A DNA stretch of 28,882 nt, taken from the NCBI GenBank assembly GCA_964625645.1, contig CAZVDW010000614.1, positions 1 through 28,882 on the forward strand. Reading direction: 5' to 3'. The position numbers and the translations under genes were made by a program. This DNA comes from an uncultured Rhodospirillaceae bacterium (GTDB lineage: Bacteria; Pseudomonadota; Alphaproteobacteria; UBA7887). Below are positions 28,622-28,882 of this stretch, piece by piece (position 1 is the first letter of the stretch; each line of letters opens with the position of its first letter). Under the pieces are notes generated by a model that searched no databases, was not told where the DNA came from, and was given only the letters and a program-made list of their open reading frames with translations.

Positions 28622-28882
28622 ATGTTCGAGAACCTTCAGTTCAATATGGCCGGCGGGCTGGATCTGCCTTTGCCGCGGATGGCGCGGGTGCGCCAGCTTT
28701 TCGACGACCATGCGCTGGCGGACGTGGCCGCTGCGGTGACCGCCGAGTTCGACAGGCCCGGCGTCGGCGACGCCATCAGGCCCGGCGCCAGCATTGCCAT
28801 CGGCGTTGGCAGCCGCGGCGTGAACAATATCCAGACCGCGGTGCGCGCGCTGGTCGCCGGCATCAAGGCGCGCGGGGCTGAG
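28622..28882 (+). CDS. LarA-like (lactate racemase domain/DUF2088-DUF362) protein, N-terminal part, runs off the window
   Basis: Manual translation MFENLQFNMAGGLDLPLPRMARVRQLFDDHALADVAAAV...IRPGASIAIGVGSRGVNNIQTAVRALVAGIKARGAE. The IAIGVGSRG motif is typical of this family. Not in the ORF track in this frame. Confidence 0.75.
   Translation, partial: MFENLQFNMAGGLDLPLPRMARVRQLFDDHALADVAAAVTAEFDRPGVGDAIRPGASIAIGVGSRGVNNIQTAVRALVAGIKARGAE

Noticed and set aside
28174-28623. 149-aa minus-strand ORF
   Set aside because: It runs through repeats and hairpins and has no domain-like features.

Overview
High-GC window, probably alphaproteobacterial (inferred from codon style and gene families), made of several modules. 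(1) 1-4207 (-): aldehyde dehydrogenase plus a PotD/PotA/PotB-like polyamine ABC transporter. (2) 4277-7447 (-): a candidate polymorphic toxin locus. It has a 652-aa protein with two peptidoglycan-binding-like repeats and a low-GC C-terminal domain carrying a His...Y-x-NSNS permuted-papain-like motif, an ATGA-coupled 138-aa membrane-anchored protein (candidate immunity), and a diverged, truncated second copy of the N-terminus. (3) 7761-15933 (+): TauD/TfdA dioxygenase, acyl-CoA ligase, and an NpRdhA-type B12 catabolic reductive dehalogenase ATGA-coupled to a SAM/class III cyclase/STAND/TPR protein. A 34-aa membrane peptide gene missed by the ORF track and an FNR/CprK-like box lie just upstream of rdhA. 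(4) A membrane-anchored protein with 48-aa TPR-like repeats. (5) A beta-oxidation operon (ACAD, thiolase, FadJ-like). (6) NIPSNAP plus a second, QueG/RdhA-like Fe-S protein. (7) An EthD-like gene, a 164-bp MITE-like element with perfect 55-bp inverted repeats and a second STAND cyclase paralogue, bracketed by two GGGGACA/TGTCCCC repeat clusters. (8) The start of a LarA-like gene. No rRNA, tRNA, CRISPR array or transposase was seen. All family assignments come from motif recognition and recall, not database searches.
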